Below, in pieces: positions 1 to 9,952 of a stretch of 32,000 nucleotides of DNA (within the stretch, counting starts at the first letter, position 1; each line of letters starts with the position of its first letter). The stretch covers positions 162,323-194,322 of the forward strand of contig NZ_FOGC01000001.1 in the NCBI RefSeq assembly GCF_900111105.1. The letters run 5' to 3'. Position numbers and translations under genes: made by a program. The DNA comes from Rosenbergiella nectarea (GTDB taxonomy: Bacteria > Pseudomonadota > Gammaproteobacteria > Enterobacterales > Enterobacteriaceae). The notes beneath the pieces are model-generated. The model searched no databases. It saw nothing but the letters and a program-made list of their open reading frames with translations, and was not told the origin of the DNA.

Positions 1-1393
1 GCGCCCAATTATATTTGCGGGTAAAGCGTGACAGATAACAGCCCGCCGTAATCGCGCCGCCAGCTCGTCCACCAATGTTAGCGATATCGGCGAAATTAGA
101 TTCCAGCTGTTCTTGGTACTCATCGGCGAGTGGTAAACGCCACGCGCGGTCGCCCGCTTGTTCCGATGCACTGACTAATTCATGCGCCAGCGGGTTATGG
201 TTAGAGAGTAACCCACTAATATGATGACCCAGTGCCACCACGCAAGCGCCGGTTAAGGTCGCAACGTCGATAACCAGTTCAGGGTCGAAACGTTCGACAT
301 AGGTTAGGGCATCACAGAGCACCAAGCGGCCTTCCGCATCGGTATTTAATACCTCAACGGTTTGGCCTGACATGGTGGTCAGGATATCTCCTGGGCGGAG
401 TGAGCGTCCGTCCGGCATGTTTTCACACCCCGCAAGGATCCCGACTACGTTCAGAGGTAGCTTAAGCTCAGCAACCATACGCATTACGCCGTAAACCGTG
501 GCCGCACCACACATGTCGTATTTCATTTCATCCATGGCTTCGCCAGGCTTAATGGAAATACCGCCGGAGTCAAAGGTTAACCCTTTACCGACTAAGACAA
601 TCGGGCGGCTCTCTGCGTCTGGGTGGCCTTTGTACTCAATGACCGACATTAAGGATTCAAAATGCGATCCCGCCCCTACCGCGAGGTAGGCATTCATGCC
701 TAACTCTTTCATCTGCTGCTCGCCGATTACCCGGGTGGTGATGTGGGTGCTGTTCGCATCCGCCAATTGACGGGCTTGTGAGGCAAGGTAGGCTGGGTTA
801 CAGATATTAGGTGGCATATTGCCGAGGTCTTTCGCGGCTTGAACACCCGCGGCAATGGCTAATCCATGCTGGATTGCGCGCTCGCCACTGGTTAATTCAC
901 GGCGAGTTGGGACGTTGAACACCAGTTTACGCAGCGGGCGACGTGGCTCGACACGGTTACTTTTTAACTGGTCAAAAGAGTACAGTGACTCTTTCGCCGT
1001 CTCAACGGCCTGACGCACTTTCCAATAATTGTTCCGGCCTTTAACGTGTAATTCGGTCAAGAAGCACACGGCTTCCATTGAACCCGTTTCATTCAAGGTG
1101 CTAATGGTTTTTTGAATAATTTGCTTGTATTGACGTTCGTCAAGTTCACGTTCTTTGCCGCAACCGATCAGCAAGATACGCTCGGAAAGTACATTAGGCA
1201 CGTGATGAAGCAGCAGCGTTTGACCGACTTTCCCTTCAAGCTCACCACGACGCAGTAGAGCGCTGATGTATCCGTCGCTGATTTTATCTAGTTGTTCCGC
1301 GATCGGGGATAACCGACGAGGTTCGAACACCCCAACAACGATGCAGGCACTGCGTTGTTTCTCTGGGCTACCGCTTTTTACACTGAACTCCAT
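1..1393 (-). CDS. pepA: Leucyl (cytosol) aminopeptidase PepA, partial (C-terminus lies beyond the left window edge)
   Basis: Reverse translation from the ATG at 1393 reads [28 protein letters not shown]... and stays open to position 1. It contains the M17 peptidase signature NTDAEGRL. The divergent pepA / lptF-lptG arrangement matches E. coli. Confidence 0.93.
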   Translation of the reverse strand, partial: MEFSVKSGSPEKQRSACIVVGVFEPRRLSPIAEQLDKISDGYISALLRRGELEGKVGQTLLLHHVPNVLSERILLIGCGKERELDERQYKQIIQKTISTLNETGSMEAVCFLTELHVKGRNNYWKVRQAVETAKESLYSFDQLKSNRVEPRRPLRKLVFNVPTRRELTSGERAIQHGLAIAAGVQAAKDLGNMPPNICNPAYLASQARQLADANSTHITTRVIGEQQMKELGMNAYLAVGAGSHFESLMSVIEYKGHPDAESRPIVLVGKGLTFDSGGISIKPGEAMDEMKYDMCGAATVYGVMRMVAELKLPLNVVGILAGCENMPDGRSLRPGDILTTMSGQTVEVLNTDAEGRLVLCDALTYVERFDPELVIDVATLTGACVVALGHHISGLLSNHNPLAHELVSASEQAGDRAWRLPLADEYQEQLESNFADIANIGGRAGGAITAGCYLSRFTRKYNWA

Positions 1394-1656
1394 GTATTCT
1401 CCTGAATCTTAAAGACAACGACCGTGACACTTAATTAACATACATAACGGCTTAAGTGTATAATGACCGTCAATACTCAACTTTATGCTATTGTCGTTTA
1501 TATTGAAGGGTGAGTGAGCAGAAGCCCTCACCACTGATGCATAAGGTGTATGATACACTGTAACAGCAAAAATGTGTTGATGAAGAAAACCAGCAAATAA
1601 GCGTTGAAATTATCGACTTTCCTGCAAAAAGACAAGTTTTCACAGGCGTATTTAGC

Positions 1657-2757
1657 GTGATAATAATCAGATATTTGGTTCGTGAGACGCTTAAGAGTCA
1701 ATTAGCGATTCTCTTTATCCTGTTACTAATCTTCTTTTGCCAGAAGTTAGTACGTATTTTAGGGGCTGCCGTCGACGGCGATACCCCTGCAAACTTGATT
1801 CTAACGCTTTTAGGTTTGGGTGTACCAGAAATGGCACAGCTCATTCTACCGTTAAGCCTTTTCCTCGCCATTTTAATGACGTTGGGCAAACTGTACACGG
1901 ACAGTGAAATCGCCGTGATGCACGCCTGCGGCTTAGGAAAGAGCGTGTTGGTGAAAGCGGCTCTGGTCTTAATCCTCTTTACTTCTGCGGTTGCCGCGAT
2001 AAATGTGATTTGGGCTGGCCCTTGGTCGGCACGCTATCAAGATCAAATTATACAGAATGCGCAGGCCAACCCTGGAAGTGCAGCGCTAGCGGCAGGGCAG
2101 TTCCGTCCATCCAGTGATGGGAGTTTCGTGCTGTTTATTGATAACGCACGGGGTAACCATTTTAGCGACGTCTTCTTGGCGCAACTTCATCCACGTAATA
2201 ACACCCGTCCTTCAGTCGTGGTCGCGGACCGTGGGCATATGTCGCAGCATAAAGACGGTAGCCAAGTCATTACCCTCGATAACGGCACTCGCTTCGAAGG
2301 GACTGCCATGTTGCGTGATTTCAGGATCACCGACTTTACCCAATATCGCGCTTACGTCGGTTATAAAGAGTCCGTACTTGATCCCAATGATGCGGACGAA
2401 GCCACATTTACCACGCTGTGGCACAGCAATACGCCGCAGTTTAGAGCTGAATTACATTGGCGTTTAACGTTAATTTTCTCGGTGTTAGCCATGGCGCTGA
2501 TGGTCGTACCGCTAAGCGAGGTGAACCCTCGTCAAGGGCGAGTACTGTCGATGCTACCGGCGATTTTACTCTATCTCATTTTCTTCCTGATACAGAGTTC
2601 GTTTAGAACCAATGCCAGTAAAGGAAGGTTAGATCCAGCGATATGGATGTGGAGCGTGAATATTCTCTATTTGGGCCTAGCGGTAGTCTTAAACGCATGG
2701 GATACCTTACCTGTCCGTCGGCTACGCGCGAAAATTAGCCGAAAAGGAGTCGCGTAA
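1657..2757 (+). CDS. lptF: LPS export ABC transporter permease LptF
   Basis: 366-aa ORF with a GTG start. The N-terminus MIIIRYLVRETLKSQLAILFILLLIFFCQKLVRILGAAVDG is near-identical to E. coli LptF as I recall it. It is a multi-TM protein and its stop overlaps the lptG start (TAATG at 2757). Confidence 0.95.
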   Translation: MIIIRYLVRETLKSQLAILFILLLIFFCQKLVRILGAAVDGDTPANLILTLLGLGVPEMAQLILPLSLFLAILMTLGKLYTDSEIAVMHACGLGKSVLVKAALVLILFTSAVAAINVIWAGPWSARYQDQIIQNAQANPGSAALAAGQFRPSSDGSFVLFIDNARGNHFSDVFLAQLHPRNNTRPSVVVADRGHMSQHKDGSQVITLDNGTRFEGTAMLRDFRITDFTQYRAYVGYKESVLDPNDADEATFTTLWHSNTPQFRAELHWRLTLIFSVLAMALMVVPLSEVNPRQGRVLSMLPAILLYLIFFLIQSSFRTNASKGRLDPAIWMWSVNILYLGLAVVLNAWDTLPVRRLRAKISRKGVA

Positions 2758-3833
2758 TGTTTGGCGTATTAGACCGCTACATTGGTAAAACCATCTTCAA
2801 TACCATCATGACGACACTGTTTTTACTCGTGTCGTTATCCGGCATTATTAAATTCGTTGAACAGTTAAGAAAGACGGGGAAAGGGGCTTATAGCGTCTGG
2901 GATGCGGGCTATTTCACACTTCTCAGTGTTCCGACTGACTTAGAGCTGTTTTTCCCGATGGCGGCATTACTTGGTGCATTATTAGGCCTCGGTAACTTAG
3001 CCCAGCGCAGTGAGCTTGTTGTAATGCAAGCAGCAGGTTTTACGCGTTTACAAGTCGCGGCATCGGTGATGAAAACCGCTATTCCTTTAGTCTTTTTATC
3101 AATGGCGGTCGGTGAGTTCTTAGCTCCTGCCGGTGATCAACTGGCGCATAATTACCGTTCAGAACAGATCGATGGCAGTTCGCTTCTGGCAGCGCAAGGT
3201 GGCTTATGGGCGAAGGACGGTAATGATTTTATCTTTATCCAAAAATTACAAGATGAGCGTCATTTAAACGGTGTAACAGTCTACCATTTCAATGATCAAC
3301 GTCGACTTGAGAGCGTACGCTATGCAGCGAGTGCTCAATGGGATAAGCGTCGTAAAGAGTGGAATTTATCGCAAATCGATGAGTCGAATCTCTCCAATCC
3401 AGAGCAAATTACGGGTAGCCAACAAGTCAGTAGTATTTGGAAAACGGCGCTCACCCCGGATAAGTTACAAGTCGTGGCGCTCGATCCGGACTCGCTATCG
3501 ATTCGCGGGTTACATGACTACATTCAATATCTCGACCAGACCGGACAGAAATCAGATATTTATCGCCTGAATATGTGGAGTAAGATTGTACAACCCTTAT
3601 CGGTTGCCGTGATGATGCTGATGGCGCTCTCCTTTATCTTTGGGCCGTTACGCAGTGTCTCCATGGGTCAGCGAGTAGTAACAGGGATAAGCTTTGGTTT
3701 TGTCTTTTATGTATTGGATAAAATTTTCGGCCAATTAAGCTTAGTAAAAGGCTTACCGCCAATGCTTGGCGCGATTGTGCCGAGTGCAGTGTTTCTTGCA
3801 TTGAGTTTAGTGTTACTCATTAAACGGAAATAG
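2757..3833 (+). CDS. lptG: LPS export ABC transporter permease LptG
   Basis: 358-aa ORF translationally coupled to lptF. It begins MFGVLDRYIGKTIF... in the YjgP/YjgQ permease pattern, with TM segments flanking a periplasmic domain. Confidence 0.95.
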   Translation: MFGVLDRYIGKTIFNTIMTTLFLLVSLSGIIKFVEQLRKTGKGAYSVWDAGYFTLLSVPTDLELFFPMAALLGALLGLGNLAQRSELVVMQAAGFTRLQVAASVMKTAIPLVFLSMAVGEFLAPAGDQLAHNYRSEQIDGSSLLAAQGGLWAKDGNDFIFIQKLQDERHLNGVTVYHFNDQRRLESVRYAASAQWDKRRKEWNLSQIDESNLSNPEQITGSQQVSSIWKTALTPDKLQVVALDPDSLSIRGLHDYIQYLDQTGQKSDIYRLNMWSKIVQPLSVAVMMLMALSFIFGPLRSVSMGQRVVTGISFGFVFYVLDKIFGQLSLVKGLPPMLGAIVPSAVFLALSLVLLIKRK

Positions 3834-3861
3834 AAAAAAAGCCCCGTCGTCGGGGCTTTTT
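3834..3861. terminator. Bidirectional rho-independent terminator between lptG and the convergent DUF445 gene
   Basis: An A7 run (3834-3840) is followed by the hairpin GCCCCG-tcgt-CGGGGC (3841-3856) and a T5 run (3857-3861). Confidence 0.8.
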
Positions 3862-3879
3862 ACATTGAGGGATAAGAAA

Positions 3880-5154
3880 CTAGAGTAGTTGAATTAACCA
3901 AGGTAACTGCGATAGAGCAAAAAGTACTAATCCAATTAACCCACCCACCACCGTTCCGTTGATACGAATAAACTGTAGATCCTTACCGATATTCATCTCG
4001 ATCTGTTCCACTAGTAATTTATCGTCCCAGCCTTTAATCGTGTCGCTGATATGGCGGGTTAAGAAACGGGCGCTTTCTGGACCGACCGTGCGTACAGTCT
4101 GTTCGATATGTTGATTAAACGCCTGACGTAGCTGCGGATCACGGCTGAGCGTCTCCCCCATCCATCCAGCAGCGCGTTGTAGCTGTACGCCGATACGTGA
4201 ATCTTCTTGATCTAAATCGTTAGTTAACCAGCTACGAAGATCTTGCCAAATCTGACCAATATAAAGGGCGAAGTGCTCATCTTCTTTCAACCATGTCTTC
4301 ATACGCACCATACGCTCGGTCATCTTCGGGTCATGCTGCAGGTTGTGAATGAACAGCTGTACGGCACGATTAAACGTCCTGCGTAGCTGGTGATCTGGAT
4401 CACGGGCAACGTCTAGTAAAATCTGATCGGTGAGTTTGGCGACTTTGACAGCCCCTTTTTCGCCTAGCCATTCGCTGGAGACAACTCGCGAAATAGTTGG
4501 GTATTCTCGTTGAAACCAAGCCGCTATCTGGCTAGCAACAAATTGGCGGGTCTTGGGTTTTTCAAGTAGCTTAACCACCTGTCTGATGACGGTATCGAGG
4601 ACCGCTTGGTGGCGATTCTCACGGGTTAGGCTCTCCAGTAAGATAATTGCGCTATGACGAAAATCGACCTGATCAATGGCGCGATTCACCGCTTGACGAA
4701 TAAATCGGTTGATTGCATCGTCATTACTGGCGGTCAGTAACCCGCGTAGGACGGCCTTTAGGGCTTGGGCGAAACGTTGCTGGTTTGCAGGTAACGTCAG
4801 CCAATCGGCCATTTTTTGTGAAAGATCGTGCTGTTTCACCAAGCGAGAAAGAGCCTCTGCATTGAGGAAACGCTCTTCAACAAATACGCCTAAGTTATCG
4901 GCAATACGCTGCTTATTACGCGGCACAATGGCGGTATGCCGACTAATAAACGGAATAGGGATGCGTCGAAACAACGCACTGACCGCAAACCAGTCGGCTA
5001 AGCCACCCACCATGGCCGCCTCAGCGACGGACTTAAGGGCTTGCGAACCCAATGTGGGGGGCAGGAATAGACTGAGAATAAAGAGTCCTGTCGCACAAAG
5101 CAGAAGGGATAGGGCGATTCGCTTAGTACGACGGAGTGCATGAGATTTTTGCAT
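3880..5154 (-). CDS. DUF445-family inner membrane protein (YjiN-like)
   Basis: 424-aa ORF with an N-terminal TM segment (IALSLLLCATGLFILSLF), a C-terminal TM segment (VVGGLIGLVLFAL) and a long helical central region typical of DUF445. The family assignment is from memory only. Confidence 0.6.
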   Translation of the reverse strand: MQKSHALRRTKRIALSLLLCATGLFILSLFLPPTLGSQALKSVAEAAMVGGLADWFAVSALFRRIPIPFISRHTAIVPRNKQRIADNLGVFVEERFLNAEALSRLVKQHDLSQKMADWLTLPANQQRFAQALKAVLRGLLTASNDDAINRFIRQAVNRAIDQVDFRHSAIILLESLTRENRHQAVLDTVIRQVVKLLEKPKTRQFVASQIAAWFQREYPTISRVVSSEWLGEKGAVKVAKLTDQILLDVARDPDHQLRRTFNRAVQLFIHNLQHDPKMTERMVRMKTWLKEDEHFALYIGQIWQDLRSWLTNDLDQEDSRIGVQLQRAAGWMGETLSRDPQLRQAFNQHIEQTVRTVGPESARFLTRHISDTIKGWDDKLLVEQIEMNIGKDLQFIRINGTVVGGLIGLVLFALSQLPWLIQLL

Positions 5155-5211
5155 AGCACCTGCTTAGTCGATGAGCGGTGGCAACCGGCCGGCTGCCACC
5201 TGAAAAATAAC

Positions 5212-6738
5212 CTACTTACGACCTCCGAACAGACTCCCTAACACTCCACGAAGGATCTGGTTCGCGACTTGTCGGCCTGCACTTTTTGCCATCCCTTGAA
5301 CGACACCGTCATGGCGTCCGCCACGCGGCCCGGTGTAACCGAACACGACTTTTTTCACTTCATCCATGATACCGCCTTCTTCTTTGACTTCAGACCGTGG
5401 CGCTGATGCACTAGACGACTGCTGGGCATCACTGTTCGCAACGCCTTTTTGGAGCATTTCGAAGGCTGATTCTCGATCGACCGCCTCATCATATTTACCG
5501 TACAGCGGCGAATGATTAATCAGGTCATTACGTTCATCACTGGTCAGTGGTCCCATACGTGAACCCGGCGCAATCACCATGGCGCGCTGCACGACGCTTG
5601 GACTACCTTTTTCATCAAGAAATGAAATAAGCGCTTCACCTGTCGCGAGGGATTGAATCGCTTCTTCAGTATTAAACTCAGGGTTCGCCCGCATAGTGTT
5701 GGCCGCCGCTTTAACGGCTTTCTGATCGCGAGGGGTGAAGGCACGTAGGGCATGCTGCACCCGATTACCGAGTTGTCCTAAGATATTATCGGGAATATCG
5801 GACGGGCTTTGGCTGACAAAGTAGACCCCGACGCCTTTTGAACGGATCAAGCGCATCACTTGCTCAATCTTCTCAAGCAGGACGTCTGGGGCACCATTGA
5901 AGAGTAGGTGTGCTTCATCGAAGAAGAATACGAGTTTCGGCTTCTCGACATCACCCACTTCAGGCAGCTGCTCATAGAGTTCAGAGAGCATCCACAACAA
6001 GCTGGTGGCGTAGAGTTTAGGCATTTGATAGAGCTTTTCTGAGGCAAGAATATTGATGACACCTTTGCCTCGATCGTCGGTCCGCATCCAATCTTTAATG
6101 TCCAGCATAGGCTCGCCAAAAAAGTATTCAGCGCCTTGTTGCTCTAAACTTAATAATCCTCGCTGGATGGCTCCGACCGACGCACTATTGATATTGCCGT
6201 ATTCAGTCGTAAACGATTTCGCGTTATCCCCAACGTACTGTGTTAACGCACGCAGATCTTTAAAATCGAGCAGTAATAGTCCTTGCTCATCGGCAATACG
6301 GAAGATGATATTAAGGACACCGGTTTGGATCTCGTTAAGGTTAAGCAAGCGAGCAAGCAGTAAAGGGCCTAAGTCGGTGACCGTTGCACGAACGGGGTGA
6401 CCCTTCTCACCGAAGATATCCCAAAAAACGGCCGGATTAGTAACGGGCTGCCAGTCAGTGACCCCAATCGCCTCTAACCGTTTGGTGAGTTTTTCTGAAG
6501 CTTTGCCTGCTGTTGCCACCCCGCTTAGATCGCCTTTCACATCAGCCATAAAGACGGGAACACCAATTGATGAAAAGGACTCAGCTAATTTTTGCAGGGT
6601 AACGGTTTTGCCTGTCCCCGTCGCGCCAGTAATAAGTCCGTGGCGGTTGGCAAGGGCTGGCAGTAAGTCGAGCGATAGCGTGTTGGTGCATGCAATACGT
6701 AGCGGTTCTGTCATAATTAGGATCTCATCCATGGACAA
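5212..6738 (-). CDS. yjgR: YjgR-like DUF853 P-loop NTPase (HerA-like ATPase fold)
   Basis: The ORF contains [23 protein letters not shown] (Walker A) and [12 protein letters not shown] (Walker B). Its position next to lptG matches E. coli yjgR. The true start is probably the ATG at 6732 (AGGA 7 nt upstream) or at 6714, not the TTG at 6738. Confidence 0.85.
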   Translation of the reverse strand: MSMDEILIMTEPLRIACTNTLSLDLLPALANRHGLITGATGTGKTVTLQKLAESFSSIGVPVFMADVKGDLSGVATAGKASEKLTKRLEAIGVTDWQPVTNPAVFWDIFGEKGHPVRATVTDLGPLLLARLLNLNEIQTGVLNIIFRIADEQGLLLLDFKDLRALTQYVGDNAKSFTTEYGNINSASVGAIQRGLLSLEQQGAEYFFGEPMLDIKDWMRTDDRGKGVINILASEKLYQMPKLYATSLLWMLSELYEQLPEVGDVEKPKLVFFFDEAHLLFNGAPDVLLEKIEQVMRLIRSKGVGVYFVSQSPSDIPDNILGQLGNRVQHALRAFTPRDQKAVKAAANTMRANPEFNTEEAIQSLATGEALISFLDEKGSPSVVQRAMVIAPGSRMGPLTSDERNDLINHSPLYGKYDEAVDRESAFEMLQKGVANSDAQQSSSASAPRSEVKEEGGIMDEVKKVVFGYTGPRGGRHDGVVQGMAKSAGRQVANQILRGVLGSLFGGRK

Positions 6739-6800
6739 ATCCTAAGCATGCAATGATCTCGAGGTAGGTGTCAATCAGTAGGATCTGTAACCAAGACTTA

Positions 6801-7484
6801 TCAATGTAAATGAGTGGCAACGTCGACGATGCCATTGATCACAAATTGTATGCCCATACAGACCAACAAAAATCCCATTAAGCGAGAGAGCGCTTCGATC
6901 CCGCCTTTACCTACTAATCGCATGATCGAACCGGAACAGCGCAGCGCTAACCAGAGCATGATGGCCACCAGGAGGAAACAGATGACGGGCGCGACCATCA
7001 GGATCCAGGCTGGATAGTCGATTCCCGATTTTACCGACGCCGCGGTACTGATAATCACCGCGATGGTCCCCGGACCCGCAGTGCCCGGCATGGCGATCGG
7101 CACAAAGGCGATATTGACGGTCTGAGGGCTATGCGGCGTAGCATCCAATTCGTCTTGTTTATGCTGGACTTCAGGCGCTTCATGTACTTGCTGTACCGGA
7201 AACAGCATACGAAAACCAATAAAGGCCACAATCATCCCGCCAGCAATACGTAACCCAGGAATCGAGATACCAAAGGTATTCAATACCGCACTGCCCGCAA
7301 ACCAGGTGATAAGCATAATGAGGAAAACATAGATTGCCGACTGTAAGGCCTGACGATTACGTTGTTGGAAATTCATGTCATCGGCGAGACTGAGAAACAT
7401 CGCCACCGCAGTCAATGGGTTAGCCAGCGGCAAAAGGATCAGGAGTCCCCAGCCGATAGCATCGAGCAGCGTCATCATAGTCAA
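6801..7484 (-). CDS. MarC-family (UPF0056/NAAT) integral membrane protein
   Basis: 227-aa polytopic membrane ORF. The motifs [15 protein letters not shown] and [12 protein letters not shown] are typical of the MarC/YhgN/YchE family. Confidence 0.8.
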   Translation of the reverse strand: MTMMTLLDAIGWGLLILLPLANPLTAVAMFLSLADDMNFQQRNRQALQSAIYVFLIMLITWFAGSAVLNTFGISIPGLRIAGGMIVAFIGFRMLFPVQQVHEAPEVQHKQDELDATPHSPQTVNIAFVPIAMPGTAGPGTIAVIISTAASVKSGIDYPAWILMVAPVICFLLVAIMLWLALRCSGSIMRLVGKGGIEALSRLMGFLLVCMGIQFVINGIVDVATHLH

Positions 7485-7607
7485 TCCTTAACGAGAGAAC
7501 AGGTTAAGTAAGCCTAGAACGCCAGGAGGGCAGTTACAATAAGGGGTAAAAAGATTAGGCACAAAACGGCGGTTTAGTGTGGCGAGCGGGCGCTCGCCAC
7601 CCAGTCT

Positions 7608-8147
7608 TTACATCCCGAGGTATTTCTTACCTTGGTCTAGCACCACGTTACAGGCTTTAGTTTTAAGCTTTTTACCCATTTGGGTATTACTCAAGGATTT
7701 TAGGTCGATTTTCTGGTTATTACCGGTGGTCAGTAATCCTTGTAGCCCTTGCAGGTAGCCGTTTTCTTGCTGCGAGCCTGCTGTTTGCGTTGATTGGCTG
7801 GCGGTATCCGTCAAGCCCAATTTACTTTTTAGTTGATCCGTTACCGAGCTGACATTGTTATCAACGATATTGTTTTTCGCACAATATTGCAGGATCCCAG
7901 TAACGTTCGACATGCTGTTGGCGCTGACCGCACTATTTCCACCACCTAGCAGCTGAGTGATCGAGCCGAGCGATAGGCCACCATTTGCTGCCGTACCCGA
8001 TGTGCTGGTTTGGCTATTCCCTGAGTTATTCATCAGGTCTGAAGCGGTACTGCTAAGCTTATCTTGCCAGCTTGACGCTTGCGCGAAAGAGGTGAAGGCA
8101 GCAGCAGCAAAGCCTAGGGCGAGAAGAGTTTTAGATGGAGAACGCAT
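7608..8147 (-). CDS. Secreted DUF2501-like protein
   Basis: 179 aa with a signal peptide (MRSPSKTLLALGFAAAAFTSFAQA), a Ser/Thr/Gly/Asn-rich low-complexity body and two Cys residues. The family name is recalled, not searched. Confidence 0.55.
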   Translation of the reverse strand: MRSPSKTLLALGFAAAAFTSFAQASSWQDKLSSTASDLMNNSGNSQTSTSGTAANGGLSLGSITQLLGGGNSAVSANSMSNVTGILQYCAKNNIVDNNVSSVTDQLKSKLGLTDTASQSTQTAGSQQENGYLQGLQGLLTTGNNQKIDLKSLSNTQMGKKLKTKACNVVLDQGKKYLGM

Positions 8148-8337
8148 AATGTTGCCTCATTGCAGTAGAGAGTAAGTCCAATAGTGATTAGGGCCGTTGT
8201 AGCAAATTAAGTTCAGAATTTCTAACCTAAGCCTAGTCCTATCGGATTTATCTGTCTAACCATCCTTCTACCCAGAGTGCGTTAAAAACGATTCGCCGTT
8301 TTTTTCAGCAATCAAACACGACTTAGTGTGAATCCCC

Positions 8338-8366
8338 TTGCGCCTGCGAGTAAGGCGGGTATAATC
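8338..8366 (+). promoter_or_regulatory. Sigma70-type promoter for tRNA-Leu
   Basis: -35 TTGGCG (8338-8343), a 17-nt spacer, and a consensus -10 TATAAT (8361-8366), about 28 nt upstream of the mature tRNA 5' end. Confidence 0.65.
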
Positions 8367-8393
8367 GGCCACGTTTACACATCCCCTTCAGTG

Positions 8394-8479
8394 CCGAAGT
8401 GGCGAAATCGGTAGACGCAGTTGATTCAAAATCAACCGCCCTTTGGGTGTGCCGGTTCAAGTCCGGCCTTCGGCACCAA
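8394..8479 (+). tRNA. leuX: tRNA-Leu (anticodon CAA), leuX type
   Basis: 86 nt. Acceptor stem GCCGAAG/CTTCGGC followed by ACCA; anticodon stem GTTGA/TCAAC with loop TTCAAAA (CAA); long variable arm. Both ends are near-identical to E. coli leuX as recalled. leuX is a classical P4-integrase target. Confidence 0.95.
8461..8479 (+). repeat. attL core of satellite 1 (3' end of tRNA-Leu)
   Basis: This 19-nt segment recurs at 18776-18793 with a single G deletion. Confidence 0.85.
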
Positions 8480-8641
8480 TCACTCTTCCGGCAACGTCCG
8501 AGAAAGTCTGAAAAATCCTTTTAAATCATACATTACCATCATTTTAGCGTCCGAGGACGTCCGAGAAGTTCCGTTGCAATCCAGACCCTTCTGGGGGCAT
8601 AATTGGGGGCATATTAACTTCGATGGAAAATGTGCCCCCAA

Positions 8642-9895
8642 ATGAAGCTGAACGCCAGACAGGTAGAGACTGCGAAGCCAAAAGATAAGACTTATAAATT
8701 AGCTGATGGTGGAGGGCTATATCTTGAGGTATCAGCGAAAGGATCTAAATATTGGCGAATGAAGTATCGCCGCCCAACTGATAAGAAAGAAGATCGCTTA
8801 GCTTTTGGGGTGTGGCCTATTGTTACGTTGGCGCAAGCACGAGCGAGACGAGACGAAGCTAAAAAATTAATTAGTCAGGGTATTGATCCCAAAGCAGAGC
8901 AGAGAGAGGCTCAATCTGAAAACTCCGGTGCCTATAAGTTTGAGACCATTGCTCGAGAGTGGCATGCCAATAATAAGCGATGGAGCAGTGACCATAGCGC
9001 CCGCGTTCTGCGATATTTAGAGTTATATATTTTTCCGTTTATCGGTGGTGAAGATATACGTCTACTCAAGACAAGTAACTTACTAGCGCCAATAAAAAAA
9101 GTTGATGCCAGTGGTAAGCATGATGTCGCACAGCGTTTACAGCAAAGAGTGACGGCAATAATGCGCTATGCAGTACAGAATGATTATATCGATTCGAACC
9201 CCGCAATGGATATGGCTGGCGCATTGACTACGACCAAGGCTCGCCACTATCCAGCTTTACCCTTTCACAGATTCCCAGAGTTTTTAGAGAGGCTTGCCCG
9301 ATACAGAGGTCGCAAGATAACTCGTATTGCAGTTCAGCTATCACTTTTAACCTTTGTAAGGTCTAGCGAGCTTAGATTTGCTTGTTGGTCTGAATTCGAT
9401 TTAGAACGTGCATTATGGCGTATTCCTGCTAAGCGTAAAGAAGTGGAGGGTATTCGCCATTCCCACAGAGGAATGAAAATGAAGGAAGAGCATATAGTCC
9501 CTCTTAGTTCACAGGCACTCGCCATACTCTATGAGCTTAGACAGATTAGTGGTGATAACCATCGTTTATTTCCGGGGGATCATGATGCAAGAAAAGTGAT
9601 GAGCGAAAATACGGTGAATGCTGCTCTAAGAAAAATGGGTTACGATACCAAAACCGAAGTTTGTGGACACGGTTTTAGAACTATGGCCAGAGGGGCTTTA
9701 GGTGAGTCGAGCCTATGGAGTGATGACGCTATAGAGAGACAACTTAGTCATACGGAACGTAATAACGTTAGAGCGGCCTATATTCATACATCTGAACATT
9801 TAGAAGAACGCCGTCTAATGGTACAGTGGTGGGCCAATTATTTAGATAAGAATATTGATGAGTATATAAGTCCGTATGAATTCTCTCATCCATAG
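8642..9895 (+). CDS. int: P4-type tyrosine integrase (intact)
   Basis: The N-terminus MKLNARQVETAKPKDKTYKLADGGGLYLEV is the DUF4102 arm-binding pattern. The catalytic region has HGFRTMARG (HxxR) and RAAYIHTSEH (Tyr). The ORF is open from 8630; the ATG at 8642 fits the family N-terminus better. Confidence 0.92.
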   Translation: MKLNARQVETAKPKDKTYKLADGGGLYLEVSAKGSKYWRMKYRRPTDKKEDRLAFGVWPIVTLAQARARRDEAKKLISQGIDPKAEQREAQSENSGAYKFETIAREWHANNKRWSSDHSARVLRYLELYIFPFIGGEDIRLLKTSNLLAPIKKVDASGKHDVAQRLQQRVTAIMRYAVQNDYIDSNPAMDMAGALTTTKARHYPALPFHRFPEFLERLARYRGRKITRIAVQLSLLTFVRSSELRFACWSEFDLERALWRIPAKRKEVEGIRHSHRGMKMKEEHIVPLSSQALAILYELRQISGDNHRLFPGDHDARKVMSENTVNAALRKMGYDTKTEVCGHGFRTMARGALGESSLWSDDAIERQLSHTERNNVRAAYIHTSEHLEERRLMVQWWANYLDKNIDEYISPYEFSHP

Positions 9896-9952
9896 AAAAA
9901 ATATTGATAATTAAAATATTAATTGAAAATTTTTAAAATTAGGAAAGTATCT

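Noticed and set aside
4709-5143. Antisense or alternative-frame ORFs nested in confident genes (for example 4709-5143, 6053-6400, 6458-6745, 2114-2467, 3292-3570, 13585-13959, 25438-25734, 27464-27742, 31156-31468)
   Set aside because: Each lies wholly inside a longer ORF with recognisable family motifs. Their translations are Arg/Ser/Cys-rich, which is typical of the wrong frame.
5165-5205. GC-rich hairpin GGTGGCA-ACCGGCCGGC-TGCCACC between the yjgR-like and DUF445 genes
   Set aside because: No U-run follows it on the transcribed (minus) strand, and the two genes are co-directional. It may be a REP-like or mRNA-stabilising element, but it cannot be called a terminator.
7581-7598. Hairpin GGCGAGCG-GG-CGCTCGCC downstream of the DUF2501-like gene
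   Set aside because: The loop is too small as drawn, and no adjacent T-run follows on the minus strand. Terminator status is uncertain.
8421-8645. 74-aa ORF from the track overlapping the tRNA-Leu 3' half and the att / int-upstream region
   Set aside because: It starts inside the tRNA gene, and I saw no ribosome-binding site. It covers sequence better explained as tRNA, att core and integrase arm sites. The equivalent ORF at 18773-18991 is rejected for the same reason.
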